Source: an uncultured Chlamydiae bacterium (lineage in GTDB: Bacteria; Chlamydiota; Chlamydiia; Chlamydiales; JAJFMB01). From it: 64,000 nt of DNA. The notes beneath the pieces are model-generated. The model searched no databases, was not told where the DNA came from, and was given only the letters and a program-made list of their open reading frames with translations. The translations under genes were made by a program, and so were the position numbers. Positions 39,233 through 48,609 of this stretch are shown here, piece after piece (the first letter of the stretch is position 1; every line of letters starts with the position of its first letter). Location of the stretch: the NCBI GenBank assembly GCA_963696295.1, contig CAVOJR010000001.1, positions 640,001 to 704,000 of the forward strand, in the 5' to 3' direction.

Positions 39233-41190
39233 CTGAGATAACGGCTTAAAATTCGCGTTATGTCATTATAAGTGATAAAGAGGAAAAAGATAATCAAAAG
39301 GATGGCAAAAGGATAAACCAGCTTTTCCATCGTTTTGGGCTTCAAACGGCGTCCGCTGATCAATTCTGTACAAGCGAGCAGGATGCCGCCGCCATCAAAG
39401 GGGGGCATAGGGATCAAATTGATCACGCCCAAATTCAAACTGATGGCGCCCAGCCAAAAAAGCATCTCTTTCAAGCTTGTTCTGGATTGTTCCTGCACAG
39501 CCTGAACAATACCGACCGGCCCGCTCATCCACTTAGGGCTGAGATTTCCGGTAACGAGGGCGGTCAACATACGCCAAATCTGCTGAAACACATCATTAAA
39601 TTGGGCAAATGGATTTGGGTTATAGGTAATCTGCCTGTCTTGAATACCCGGCAAACCAATCAAAAGCTGCTTCTCCTGATTTTCCAGCAACTGCATCGCT
39701 TTAGAACGCCGTTCGGGATCTTCAATAGCTTCGATCTGCTTTTTTTGCTCGAGATAATCTGCGGTCATTTGCGCTTCAGCCTCCGGGGATACGGCAAAAG
39801 AACTACGCTTCTTCGGCATAACCGGCTTCAGCAAATAATAATTGCCGACATTTTTAATGATGTGATCAGTACCGATGGTCGCGGCTATCGCCTGAATATC
39901 CCGCCCATTGAGGTTTTGATCAAAACTTTGATCGCTAGTTTCCCAGGAAACTTTCTTGATCGCATCGGGATTCCGCTCGACGATGATGTTCAAATGCTTC
40001 TCTTGCAGCAAGCCGAGCAGCTGATAGGGGTGTTTCACCTCGGTCCCGTCTACCGCTATAATACGGTCGCCCGGCTCCAAAGGCTGATCCAAATCGCTAA
40101 ATGAAGTTTTTGGAAAAAATTTGAGATCCATTTCAGGATCGATGAATTTAACTTTGCCTTCCACCACGTTGAAATCGTTAAGCACGTAGGGTAAAGTGTT
40201 CAGCGAAGGAAAGCGGATCGCGTTCAAATGAGCTTCAAACTGCCAGTCAACGATCTCTTCTTTATAACCTGAAGAGAGTTTTAACTCCTGAAGCTTTATG
40301 CGGGGCGCCCGGCGCAAGAATGTTTCATTCCCTCTTTTTATTGTCAATAAGGCCTTGTCGCTATTTATGACCTGATTCAGCTGCTGGTTGGAAAATATCA
40401 TCTCTCCATCAATCCAGACTAATTGGTCCCCATACTCGATTCCACTCCCTTTGAGAGGGGAGCCTTCCATGATCGGATTCTCTTTGCCGCTTGGCAGCCG
40501 GTTATAAATTATATAGTTCGCAGGATACAATATGCCGCTTGTCAAAATTCCTTTATCCTGAACGGCAGGATGGCTATAAGGCTTCACTATAAAGGAAAAA
40601 GGGGTTCTTTGTTTGTTAAAGTAATTTTCCTTAAAGCCATTAACCACAAGATGATCGCCGGATGTCATGGGAGAATAAAGGAGATCCCCTGTCGTTTGAT
40701 AAGGGTGATTTCCAAAGGAAGCGATTTCGTCGCCGGGTCTGACTCCGTCCTGGTAAAGTTCCGATTGAGGATCCACCCAGCCGATCTTATGGGTATATTC
40801 CGCAAAGTTTTTTGTCCGGCCGCCAATTCCCCAGAGAAGGGAAAACGCGATCAGAGCAAAGGCGATATTGACAAGCGGGCCCATAAATAAAACTTTAATC
40901 CGATCGATGGCGCTCTTGCCGAAAAAGCCGTCCTTCATGGCATAAGGGTCGGAATGTTCGGAGGTTTCCATGCCGGCGATCCTGACAAAACCGCCGCAAA
41001 GCAGCCAGCCGATCTGCCATTTTACGCCATCCCACTCCCATTGATATATGGGACGGCCAAAGCCGATGGAAAATGTTTCCACGCGCATGCCGACTCTTCT
41101 TGCCATCCAATAGTGGCCGAGCTCATGTATGAAAATCAAAAAAGTCAAAGAAAGAATAGCTAGAATGAGGTACAGGAGGCTAATGATCAT
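39229..41190 (-). CDS. rseP: RIP metalloprotease RseP (site-2 protease with PDZ)
   Basis: HELGH, FSIGFG, NLIPMPPFDGG. Confidence 0.92.
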   Translation of the reverse strand: MIISLLYLILAILSLTFLIFIHELGHYWMARRVGMRVETFSIGFGRPIYQWEWDGVKWQIGWLLCGGFVRIAGMETSEHSDPYAMKDGFFGKSAIDRIKVLFMGPLVNIAFALIAFSLLWGIGGRTKNFAEYTHKIGWVDPQSELYQDGVRPGDEIASFGNHPYQTTGDLLYSPMTSGDHLVVNGFKENYFNKQRTPFSFIVKPYSHPAVQDKGILTSGILYPANYIIYNRLPSGKENPIMEGSPLKGSGIEYGDQLVWIDGEMIFSNQQLNQVINSDKALLTIKRGNETFLRRAPRIKLQELKLSSGYKEEIVDWQFEAHLNAIRFPSLNTLPYVLNDFNVVEGKVKFIDPEMDLKFFPKTSFSDLDQPLEPGDRIIAVDGTEVKHPYQLLGLLQEKHLNIIVERNPDAIKKVSWETSDQSFDQNLNGRDIQAIAATIGTDHIIKNVGNYYLLKPVMPKKRSSFAVSPEAEAQMTADYLEQKKQIEAIEDPERRSKAMQLLENQEKQLLIGLPGIQDRQITYNPNPFAQFNDVFQQIWRMLTALVTGNLSPKWMSGPVGIVQAVQEQSRTSLKEMLFWLGAISLNLGVINLIPMPPFDGGGILLACTELISGRRLKPKTMEKLVYPFAILLIIFFLFITYNDITRILSRYLR

Positions 41191-41277
41191 TGTTGAAAAC
41201 CCAAATAAAAGTTTGAGACTAAGTATAACAGATAAAGCAGAATCCTGCCACGATAAATTTTTCCGTAAATTGCGCCC

Positions 41278-41306
41278 TTGTGCAAAATCCTCGATTTACT
41301 TATACT
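41278..41306 (+). promoter_or_regulatory. str operon promoter
   Basis: TTGTGC-N17-TATACT; leader hairpin at 41317-41346. Confidence 0.6.
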
Positions 41307-41385
41307 TCTACCAAAGTTCTCGGAAAGGAAAATCCTTTCTCGGGAATGCTTCATTTCAAATTTTTATTTAGGAGTTAGGCAAAAG

Positions 41386-41757
41386 ATGCCGACGATTAAC
41401 CAGCTTGTGCGAACACCGCGAGAAGCAAAGAAAAAACGCAGCAAATCCCCTGCTCTGAAGGCATGTCCTCAGCGCCGTGGAGTTTGCGTCCAAGTTAAAA
41501 CAAAAACACCTAAAAAACCAAACTCTGCATTGCGTAAAGTGGCTTGGGTGAGACTGTCGACTGGACAAGAAGTCATTGCCTATATCGGCGGTGAAGGACA
41601 TAACCTCCAGGAACACAGCATTGTGCTCGTCCGCGGCGGTCGTGTAAAAGACCTACCCGGCGTACGTTACCACGTTGTGCGCGGAGCGTTAGACTGTGCG
41701 GCAGTAAAAGACCGCAAACAAGGAAGATCGAAGTACGGGGCGAAACGTCCTAAGTAA
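41386..41757 (+). CDS. rpsL: 30S ribosomal protein S12
   Basis: [29 protein letters not shown]. Confidence 0.98.
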   Translation: MPTINQLVRTPREAKKKRSKSPALKACPQRRGVCVQVKTKTPKKPNSALRKVAWVRLSTGQEVIAYIGGEGHNLQEHSIVLVRGGRVKDLPGVRYHVVRGALDCAAVKDRKQGRSKYGAKRPK

Positions 41758-41777
41758 CACTAGAATACACGTAAAAT

Positions 41778-41888
41778 GTGCCTTCTGGTTCGTGATTTGT
41801 TTATTCTCTTTCAGAATGAAAAATCACGCACAGGTGTTTAATACCACCAGGTGAAGCACGCCGATCTATCCTGCGGGCCATTAGCCCG
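41778..41888 (+). promoter_or_regulatory. Candidate structured RNA (three-way junction plus hairpin) between rpsL and rpsG
   Basis: Pairings TCTGGT/ACCAGG, CGTGATTT/AAATCACG, TTATTCT/AGAATGA, GGTGT/ATACC, GTGC/GCAC, CGGGC/GCCCG. Confidence 0.5.
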
Positions 41889-41923
41889 AATTATAAACAG
41901 ATTTATTTATAAGGAAGACAAAC

Positions 41924-42397
41924 ATGTCACGTAGACGTCGCGCTGAAAAGCGTACCATCGATCCCGATCCGGTATACAAAAGCGAGGTTTTAGCCAAATT
42001 CGTCAATAAGGTGATGCTAAGCGGCAAAAGATCTACAGCTCAAAGGATCATTTATAATGCGCTGGAAAAATTCGCCAAACGCGTAAAAGTGGAAGATCCG
42101 CTCGAAGCATTCGAGCAGGCTCTCGAAAACGCCAAACCTTCGCTTGAAGTGAAATCCCGCCGTATCGGCGGCGCCACTTATCAGGTTCCTATCGAAATCC
42201 CTTCCAACCGCCGTATCTCTATGGCCATGAAGTGGATCATCAACTACGCTAGAGCCAAAGCCGGCCGCTCCATGGAAGACGGTTTAGCCAGCGAACTGGT
42301 CGATTGCTTCAACAATCAGGGATCAACGATTAAGAAAAAAGACGACACGCACCGCATGGCCGAAGCAAACAAAGCCTTCGCGCATTACAAGTGGTAG
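41924..42397 (+). CDS. rpsG: 30S ribosomal protein S7
   Basis: [35 protein letters not shown]. Confidence 0.98.
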   Translation: MSRRRRAEKRTIDPDPVYKSEVLAKFVNKVMLSGKRSTAQRIIYNALEKFAKRVKVEDPLEAFEQALENAKPSLEVKSRRIGGATYQVPIEIPSNRRISMAMKWIINYARAKAGRSMEDGLASELVDCFNNQGSTIKKKDDTHRMAEANKAFAHYKW

Positions 42398-42404
42398 GAG
42401 GAAT

Positions 42405-44501
42405 ATGGCAAGAGATAAAAACAATCAGCTGAAAGACGTCCGCAATATCGGTATCATGGCCCACATCGACGCCGGTAAAACGACCACGACTGAACGCATA
42501 CTCTATTACACCGGCCGTCTGCACCGCATGGGCGAGGTTCATGAAGGCGCAGCCACGATGGACTGGATGGAGCAGGAACAAGAGCGCGGCATCACCATCA
42601 CATCCGCAGCGACAACGGTATTCTGGAAGGGCGGTAAGATCAACATTATCGATACCCCGGGCCACGTCGACTTCACCATCGAAGTGGAGCGCTCGCTCCG
42701 CGTTCTGGATGGCGCCGTCGCCGTATTCTGCTCCGTATCCGGAGTGGAGCCGCAGTCGGAAACGGTATGGCGGCAAGCCGACAAGTACGGCGTACCGCGC
42801 ATCGCCTTCGTCAACAAAATGGACCGCACAGGCGCCGATTTCTTCGACGCTGTCAACACGATGAAAGAAAAACTCCACGCCAATGCCATCCCTGTTCAGT
42901 GCCCTATCGGCGCCGAAGGGGAGTTCAAAGGCATGGTCGACTTGATCAAGATGAAAGCGCTGGTTTTCCACGACGAGACGCTTGGAGCCGAATGGGAAGA
43001 ACAGGAAATCCCTGCCGACCTCAAAGAAAAATGCCACGAAATGCGCATGGCGCTTCTCGAGGAATTGGCTACCATCGATGAGGCAAACGACTCGTTCATG
43101 ACGAAAGTGCTCGAAGATCCCGATTCTATCCCTCCCGAGGAGATCAACGCAATCATCCGCAAGGGCGTTTGCGAGAACAAATTCAACCCTGTTCTTTGCG
43201 GATCAGCCTTCAAAAACAAAGGGGTGCAACAGCTTCTCGACGCCGTCATCGCCTGGATGCCTTCACCGCTCGACCGCGGACAAGTGCATGCTCACGATGT
43301 CGATACGGGCGAGCCCGTCCTGATCGAGCCTGCCGATGACGCGCCTTTTGCCGCTCTTGCTTTTAAAGTAATGACCGACCCTTACGTGGGCCGTCTGACC
43401 TTTGTCCGCATCTACAGCGGAACCTTAGTCAAGGGGATGACCCTTCTCAACAGCACGAAAGGGACCAAGGAAAGGATCTCCCGCCTGATTGAGATGCACG
43501 CGAATACCCGCAATGAGAAAGATGAGTTCTATGCCGGAGATATCGCTGCCTGTATCGGCCTGAAAACCGCCAGCACAGGCGACACCCTTTGCGATGCCAC
43601 CAAGAAGCCTTTTGTGCTTGAGAAGATGGAATTCCCAGAACCGGTTATTTCCATGGCTATTGAGCCTAAATCAAAAGGGGACCGGGAGAAACTGGCGAAC
43701 GCCTTAAACGCCCTGTCTGAAGAGGATCCGACTTTCAGAGTCACCTCTAACGAAGAGACTGGCCAGACCATTATCTCCGGTATGGGCGAGCTGCATCTTG
43801 AGATCCTGCATGACCGTATGAAACGGGAATTTGGCGTAGAAGCCAATGTGGGCAAGCCGCAAGTTTCCTACAAAGAGACGATCACAATCCCCGGCTCAAC
43901 ACAAACCAAGTTTGTCAAGCAGTCCGGCGGACGCGGTCAATACGCGCACGTCGAGCTGGAGATCGAGCCGAACGAAAAAGGGAAAGGCAATGAGATCGTC
44001 AGCAAGATCGTGGGCGGTGTCATTCCCAGGGAATATATCAACCCGACCATTGAAGGGATTAAAGATGGTCTGGCTACCGGAGTTTTAGCCGGTTACAATC
44101 TAGTCGACGTTAAAGTGTTCATCGTCTTTGGATCTTACCACGAGGTAGACTCCAGCGAGATGGCCTTTAAGATTTGCGGATCGATGGCGATCAAAGAAGC
44201 GGCCAAAAAATGTAAGCCGATTATTCTAGAACCGATCATGAAAGTGGACGCCACAACGCCGGAATCGGCGATGGGCGATGTCATCGGCGACTTGAACCGC
44301 CGCCGCGGACAGATTGTGGGACAAGAGAATCATAAAGGCGCTGTCATTGTGCATGCCGAGGTCCCATTATCAGAGATGTTTGGCTACTCGACACAATTGC
44401 GCTCGCTCTCCTCTGGCCGGGCGACCTATGTGATGGAACCAAGCCACTTTGAGCGCATCCCGCAAAAACTACAAGATGAAATTGTTAAAAAAGGATCATA
44501 A
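42405..44501 (+). CDS. fusA: Elongation factor G
   Basis: [33 protein letters not shown]. Confidence 0.98.
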   Translation: MARDKNNQLKDVRNIGIMAHIDAGKTTTTERILYYTGRLHRMGEVHEGAATMDWMEQEQERGITITSAATTVFWKGGKINIIDTPGHVDFTIEVERSLRVLDGAVAVFCSVSGVEPQSETVWRQADKYGVPRIAFVNKMDRTGADFFDAVNTMKEKLHANAIPVQCPIGAEGEFKGMVDLIKMKALVFHDETLGAEWEEQEIPADLKEKCHEMRMALLEELATIDEANDSFMTKVLEDPDSIPPEEINAIIRKGVCENKFNPVLCGSAFKNKGVQQLLDAVIAWMPSPLDRGQVHAHDVDTGEPVLIEPADDAPFAALAFKVMTDPYVGRLTFVRIYSGTLVKGMTLLNSTKGTKERISRLIEMHANTRNEKDEFYAGDIAACIGLKTASTGDTLCDATKKPFVLEKMEFPEPVISMAIEPKSKGDREKLANALNALSEEDPTFRVTSNEETGQTIISGMGELHLEILHDRMKREFGVEANVGKPQVSYKETITIPGSTQTKFVKQSGGRGQYAHVELEIEPNEKGKGNEIVSKIVGGVIPREYINPTIEGIKDGLATGVLAGYNLVDVKVFIVFGSYHEVDSSEMAFKICGSMAIKEAAKKCKPIILEPIMKVDATTPESAMGDVIGDLNRRRGQIVGQENHKGAVIVHAEVPLSEMFGYSTQLRSLSSGRATYVMEPSHFERIPQKLQDEIVKKGS

Positions 44502-44504
44502 TTC

Positions 44505-44840
44505 ATGGCAAAACAAGATAAACAGACGAAAAGTCTCAAACCAAAGATCCGCATCCGGCTCAAAGGTTTCGACCAGCGCCTGCTGGACCGATCCACAGCC
44601 GATATTGTGGAGACAGCCAAGCGCACCGGAGCCGGTGTCGCCGGGCCGATTCCCTTGCCGACGCGCAAGGAAATTTTCACTGTGCTAAGATCCCCTCACG
44701 TTGACCGCAAGTCTCGTGAACAGTTTGAGATCCGCACCCATAAGCGTTTGATTGATATCCTCAATCCAACCGGAAAAACGATTGACGCCCTCAAAACACT
44801 GACCCTTCCTGCCGGCGTTGACATCAAAATCAAAGCTTAA
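44505..44840 (+). CDS. rpsJ: 30S ribosomal protein S10
   Basis: [30 protein letters not shown]. Confidence 0.98.
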   Translation: MAKQDKQTKSLKPKIRIRLKGFDQRLLDRSTADIVETAKRTGAGVAGPIPLPTRKEIFTVLRSPHVDRKSREQFEIRTHKRLIDILNPTGKTIDALKTLTLPAGVDIKIKA

Positions 44841-44849
44841 AACCAGTTT

Positions 44850-44880
44850 AGCGCTCTCAACTTGAGAGCGCTTTTTTTTT
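44850..44880 (+). terminator. Rho-independent terminator of the str operon
   Basis: AGCGCTCTCAA-C-TTGAGAGCGC followed by T9. Confidence 0.92.
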
Positions 44881-45693
44881 ATGATTCTCTCTTATTTATT
44901 TGAACATACCCCTACCTGCACAGGCTTTGATGATTTTGACCATAAGCCGATGGTTACGACGAATGAAATTAATTCCGGATCCATCATCGGGGAGATGGGC
45001 ACAAAGGCCCCCCAAGGCAATTTGATGGTGGCCGTATCGGGCTTTTTTGCGCTCAACATCTTCGCTGTCCGACAAAATCTAGATTATTTGCTGCTTTTAG
45101 ACCGCGGCACGAAGGTGCATCACTTCTGGCAGGAAACCAAAAGAATCATCGAAAACACAGACGACCATTCTCAAGCCTGCGAAAGCCTAATGAACATGAT
45201 TGAGCGAAATCAGGAATATTATTATTCCGGTCATTCTCAATATAGCCCTGAATTCATCAAGAATATTATCATTCAGGATTTGGCAAGAGAGGTGCTAAAC
45301 GGGACCAGCTGGTTATCGACTCAGTCAAAGTATTGGCGCATCAAGACCCTTTTCCACTTAAATCGCATAGAATTCAAACAGGTAGACTTATGCAATCCCA
45401 CACCCTTAAAATGGATCACTACGGCGATTAATATATCAGGCCTTTCCGTTGATATTATTTATCTCTCAAATGTGCAGGAATACGCTGCCAAAGAAAAAAA
45501 ATTAACCCTGTTTTACAAAAGTCTCAAACCCCTCATTGCTCCCGCCACCTGGATCATCGATGCCCATGAGGGCCCCGACAACTTCCTTTTACAGCGCATT
45601 TTCCAAAAAGGCACGCGAGAATTACGGCATTGTCTAAAGGCGGGTGCACCCGTGGCACACCCAACCGATTTGCCCATCAAACCTTTACTTTGA
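44881..45693 (+). CDS. Hypothetical protein, possibly methyltransferase-like fold
   Basis: 270-aa ORF; TTNE, LLLLD and IIYLSN segments are weakly suggestive. Confidence 0.5.
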   Translation: MILSYLFEHTPTCTGFDDFDHKPMVTTNEINSGSIIGEMGTKAPQGNLMVAVSGFFALNIFAVRQNLDYLLLLDRGTKVHHFWQETKRIIENTDDHSQACESLMNMIERNQEYYYSGHSQYSPEFIKNIIIQDLAREVLNGTSWLSTQSKYWRIKTLFHLNRIEFKQVDLCNPTPLKWITTAINISGLSVDIIYLSNVQEYAAKEKKLTLFYKSLKPLIAPATWIIDAHEGPDNFLLQRIFQKGTRELRHCLKAGAPVAHPTDLPIKPLL

Positions 45694-46981
45694 TTTGCGG
45701 GTGGAATCTGATTTGGCTCGTGACAAAATAGCTGTCCAGATCCAATTTGCGCGAAGAGGAGATTTGAGGATGTTGTTTTAATCCACTCTTTTGAATTTTT
45801 TCATTCATGCCGATCAAAAGCTGTCTGACAGTCAGATGGTAGCCATGCTCTTCCAGCGTGGAATAATAGGCCGCCGTCATCGCACCGGATCCTTCCCCAT
45901 GGACGGTTCCTCCATCAGCGCTGGTCTCTTTATCCTCGCAGCCGCTGATCATAATCACACTGCCAAAACTTAAGTCGTCAGTCGTCTCCTCGGCTTTAAT
46001 GGTCTCCTTGCCACTGGCGATCTCAAAATAATAGTTATGAGGGAGATCGAGCATGGATCCGCTATGGCAGCAGTCCAGCGTGAAAACGGCCGCTGCATCT
46101 TTATCGAGCGTTTTTATTAAATCATTTAATTCATCATCGGCAATGAATTCAAAATCTGCCGCGACCATGTCATCATCCAGACCATCTTTTTCACTGCCTT
46201 TCTTTTTCTCCGGCGTTCTTGTTCCATGTCCCGAATCGTGGACGTAGAGGATGGAATTCGGATTCTTTTTGATAGCCGCATTAACATCGGCAATCGCAGC
46301 TTTAATTTGGTTGATGATGTTTTGTTTGGTCGGGTAAACCTCTTTAGCTTTATATTCACTTAAGTCTACCATCAGGGTGATGTCGTCCGGCTCAGATCCT
46401 GTATTGAGCAACAACTCTCTGATATGTTTCGCATCGTTGACGCAGTTGGATAATCTATATTGGCCGTTCTTGACTTCAGGGTAGTTGCATCCAATGACCA
46501 CAGCTCTTTGCACCGGCACTCTTGTAGCCACAGACGTAGGATGGCCGCTTGGGGTAGGAGCCGGTTTGGCGGGAGAAGTGGGTAATTTTGTTTCTTCTTG
46601 ATGGTGGTAATGGTAGGGGAAAAATTGCGAGAAAAAGGCCAGGTTCAACACTTTCTCTTTTGGCTCCAAAACCAGGGCTGCCGCTCTGATGTCAAACCAG
46701 TGCTTGGACTGATTGAGGCGGTGCAGGATAAGATCCAGCGCGAATGTTAAGACCGGCAATGAGACAAAATAGGTGGCGGTAAAAGTCAGCCCGGTCGCAC
46801 TTATTGAAGCAGCGGCGATCGGGTAGGCGAGGATGCTGGCCAAGGCCACGGAGGTGACAGCGACGGCTATGTCTCTCAAAGTGTTGTAAGCATGAGGAGA
46901 GGTGCGCTCCGCTTTGCCGATATAGGCTAACATGTACATATTATCAATATGTGGGGATAGTGACGTTGAAGGGGTTGACAT
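45677..46981 (-). CDS. Type I-like metacaspase (peptidase C14) with an N-terminal long hydrophobic hairpin
   Basis: AVVIGCNY, CVNDA, PTKQNI, SGHG and DCCHSG dyad, ISGCEDKETSAD, GAMT, PQISSS; AAGGAG RBS before ATG 46981. Confidence 0.9.
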   Translation of the reverse strand: MSTPSTSLSPHIDNMYMLAYIGKAERTSPHAYNTLRDIAVAVTSVALASILAYPIAAASISATGLTFTATYFVSLPVLTFALDLILHRLNQSKHWFDIRAAALVLEPKEKVLNLAFFSQFFPYHYHHQEETKLPTSPAKPAPTPSGHPTSVATRVPVQRAVVIGCNYPEVKNGQYRLSNCVNDAKHIRELLLNTGSEPDDITLMVDLSEYKAKEVYPTKQNIINQIKAAIADVNAAIKKNPNSILYVHDSGHGTRTPEKKKGSEKDGLDDDMVAADFEFIADDELNDLIKTLDKDAAAVFTLDCCHSGSMLDLPHNYYFEIASGKETIKAEETTDDLSFGSVIMISGCEDKETSADGGTVHGEGSGAMTAAYYSTLEEHGYHLTVRQLLIGMNEKIQKSGLKQHPQISSSRKLDLDSYFVTSQIRFHPQIKVKV

Positions 46982-47177
46982 ATTTGTCTCCTTTTTAAAA
47001 TATTTACTACACGTCCCCTTACCGTAGGTGGTAAGGAAAAAATACAATTGTCAACTTTAGCCGTAGTAAAATTTTTAAGTCAATTTATTTTTGATATATA
47101 GCAGTAATTTTATTAACGCACCCCGGAGCGTGTTGTCCGAGGAATGCGATAAAAAAAGATTACCGTGGGAAAATATG

Positions 47178-48338
47178 TCAGCGCTGAATGCCTAACTTAT
47201 CGGCTTGCCGGGCGGCTTCGGCAAAGGCCGCAAAGACTTGTTTGAGGGCGGCCGGCTGTTCCTTGATCCGTGACACCACTCTTTTTTGAAAGGTTGGGTT
47301 GAGCAGGGCCAGCATGACAAATTCCGATTGAATACCAAAGAATTTGCCCGTCCCGTTCGCCCAATCTCTGACCTTGTCCACCGTAATGGACTTCCAATCG
47401 GCCCCTTCCTGGGAATCTATCAAATGAGCGGTCACCCGCGTTTCACGCCAGGCGTGGAGACCGTTGCGCGTATCGGCCAGGTCTATCCCTTCAAAGATCA
47501 CCTCTTCCTGCCCCTTTTCATTTACGGGCGTGAATTTAAGCTGCATCATATCGCCCCTCTCAGCAGCCACTTCCAAATTTCCCGAAGGACCGATCCGAAA
47601 AAAGGCCTGATCCGTGGAAGGGTTTGGACCGAGCAACCGGAATTTGAGGTATTTTTCCTCCAAATGCTGGTTGCCGAGCTTAAGATGGCGCAAGGGGTAA
47701 AGCGGGAGACCGGAAGGGGTTAGCTCATAATCTCCGTAACTTTTTCTTTCCTGTTTGAAATCGATCTTACGAAAGACCAGAGTCGAATCATGGGGAATGT
47801 GTTGCCCGGGGTTTTGCCATGTCTTTCCCTGATCTGTTGAATATTCATTACCTTTGACCAGAACATGGCTTGGATCCAGCTCCATGAACCCAAGCGACTC
47901 CTTGTAGCCGTCGCCAAAGATCCCATCGGGACCAAAGCGCCCATTTTCCGGAAAATAATTCAGAAAGGAAAGGGGAAATACCTCATATGAATCGCTATCC
48001 GTTTTCGTCATATTTTGAGATGTTACCCGCTGCACTTTCTCATAGACCAATTTGCCCGGTTTATCAGATAGGATTCCCTTTTTTGTTAAATAGGTATAGA
48101 TTCCTTGAAATTTGTCGATTTTTTTGACTAGCAATAGAAAGGCCTCATCTTTAGTGAGCTCTTTATTGAGGAATTTGACCTCTTTTTCCAAAAGGGCATT
48201 AATTTTGCCGCTGTGGGTTTCTTTATAGCAGCCGAACAACCGACGGACAATCCATTGAAAAATATTCAGCTTTTTAACAGTTAAAGTATTCTCAGCTGTT
48301 ATTGCCACATAATTATACGTCGGAAATATCGCCTGCAT
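47178..48338 (-). CDS. NUDT9-like paralog lacking the Nudix box
   Basis: Colinear with 48610-49989 (GLPLYP, LGPN, ADTRN..HAWRET) but GGMRDHGE...KREFIEEA is absent. Confidence 0.78.
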   Translation of the reverse strand: MQAIFPTYNYVAITAENTLTVKKLNIFQWIVRRLFGCYKETHSGKINALLEKEVKFLNKELTKDEAFLLLVKKIDKFQGIYTYLTKKGILSDKPGKLVYEKVQRVTSQNMTKTDSDSYEVFPLSFLNYFPENGRFGPDGIFGDGYKESLGFMELDPSHVLVKGNEYSTDQGKTWQNPGQHIPHDSTLVFRKIDFKQERKSYGDYELTPSGLPLYPLRHLKLGNQHLEEKYLKFRLLGPNPSTDQAFFRIGPSGNLEVAAERGDMMQLKFTPVNEKGQEEVIFEGIDLADTRNGLHAWRETRVTAHLIDSQEGADWKSITVDKVRDWANGTGKFFGIQSEFVMLALLNPTFQKRVVSRIKEQPAALKQVFAAFAEAARQADKLGIQR

Positions 48339-48420
48339 AATATAAACCCCAAGTTGGTTTATTATGCATCATATCAGAATTGGTAAATAGAGAAGGAATA
48401 ATTTACCAAAAATTAATAAT

Positions 48421-48566
48421 CTCGACTTTACCCAATTTTTGAGGGAAGATTTTTAAAGAGGCAATCTCCAGCGTAATGAATTTCGAAGGATAGGGTGTTT
48501 ATACCCATCCTGAGAAATTCATTTAGCTGGAGGCAGTCTCTTTGAAAAGATGAGGGCAAAGCCGAG
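48421..48566. repeat. 146-nt imperfect palindromic element
   Basis: CTCGACTTTACCC...AAAGAGGCAATCTCCAGCGTAATGAATTTC.. / ..GAAATTCATTTAGCTGGAGGCAGTCTCTTT...GGGCAAAGCCGAG. Confidence 0.8.
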
Positions 48567-48568
48567 AG

Positions 48569-48596
48569 AAACCTCTTGAGTTTCCCCAAGAGGTTT
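48569..48596 (-). terminator. Hairpin terminator after the NUDT9-like gene
   Basis: AAACCTCTTG ... CAAGAGGTTT stem, 13 nt past the stop codon. Confidence 0.6.
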
Positions 48597-48609
48597 ATTG
48601 GAAGAGGGA

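Noticed and set aside
42330..43855. Long - strand ORFs (for example 235 aa at 42330-43037)
   Set aside because: Antisense to fusA; expected from biased codon usage.
44501..44840. Absence of tuf between fusA and rpsJ
   Set aside because: Normal gene order for Chlamydiae; used only as a taxonomic clue.
48380..48409. TTGGTAAAT-N12-ATTTACCAA inverted repeat upstream of the Nudix-less paralog
   Set aside because: Could be an operator, but it is AT-rich and I found no second copy upstream of the sister gene.
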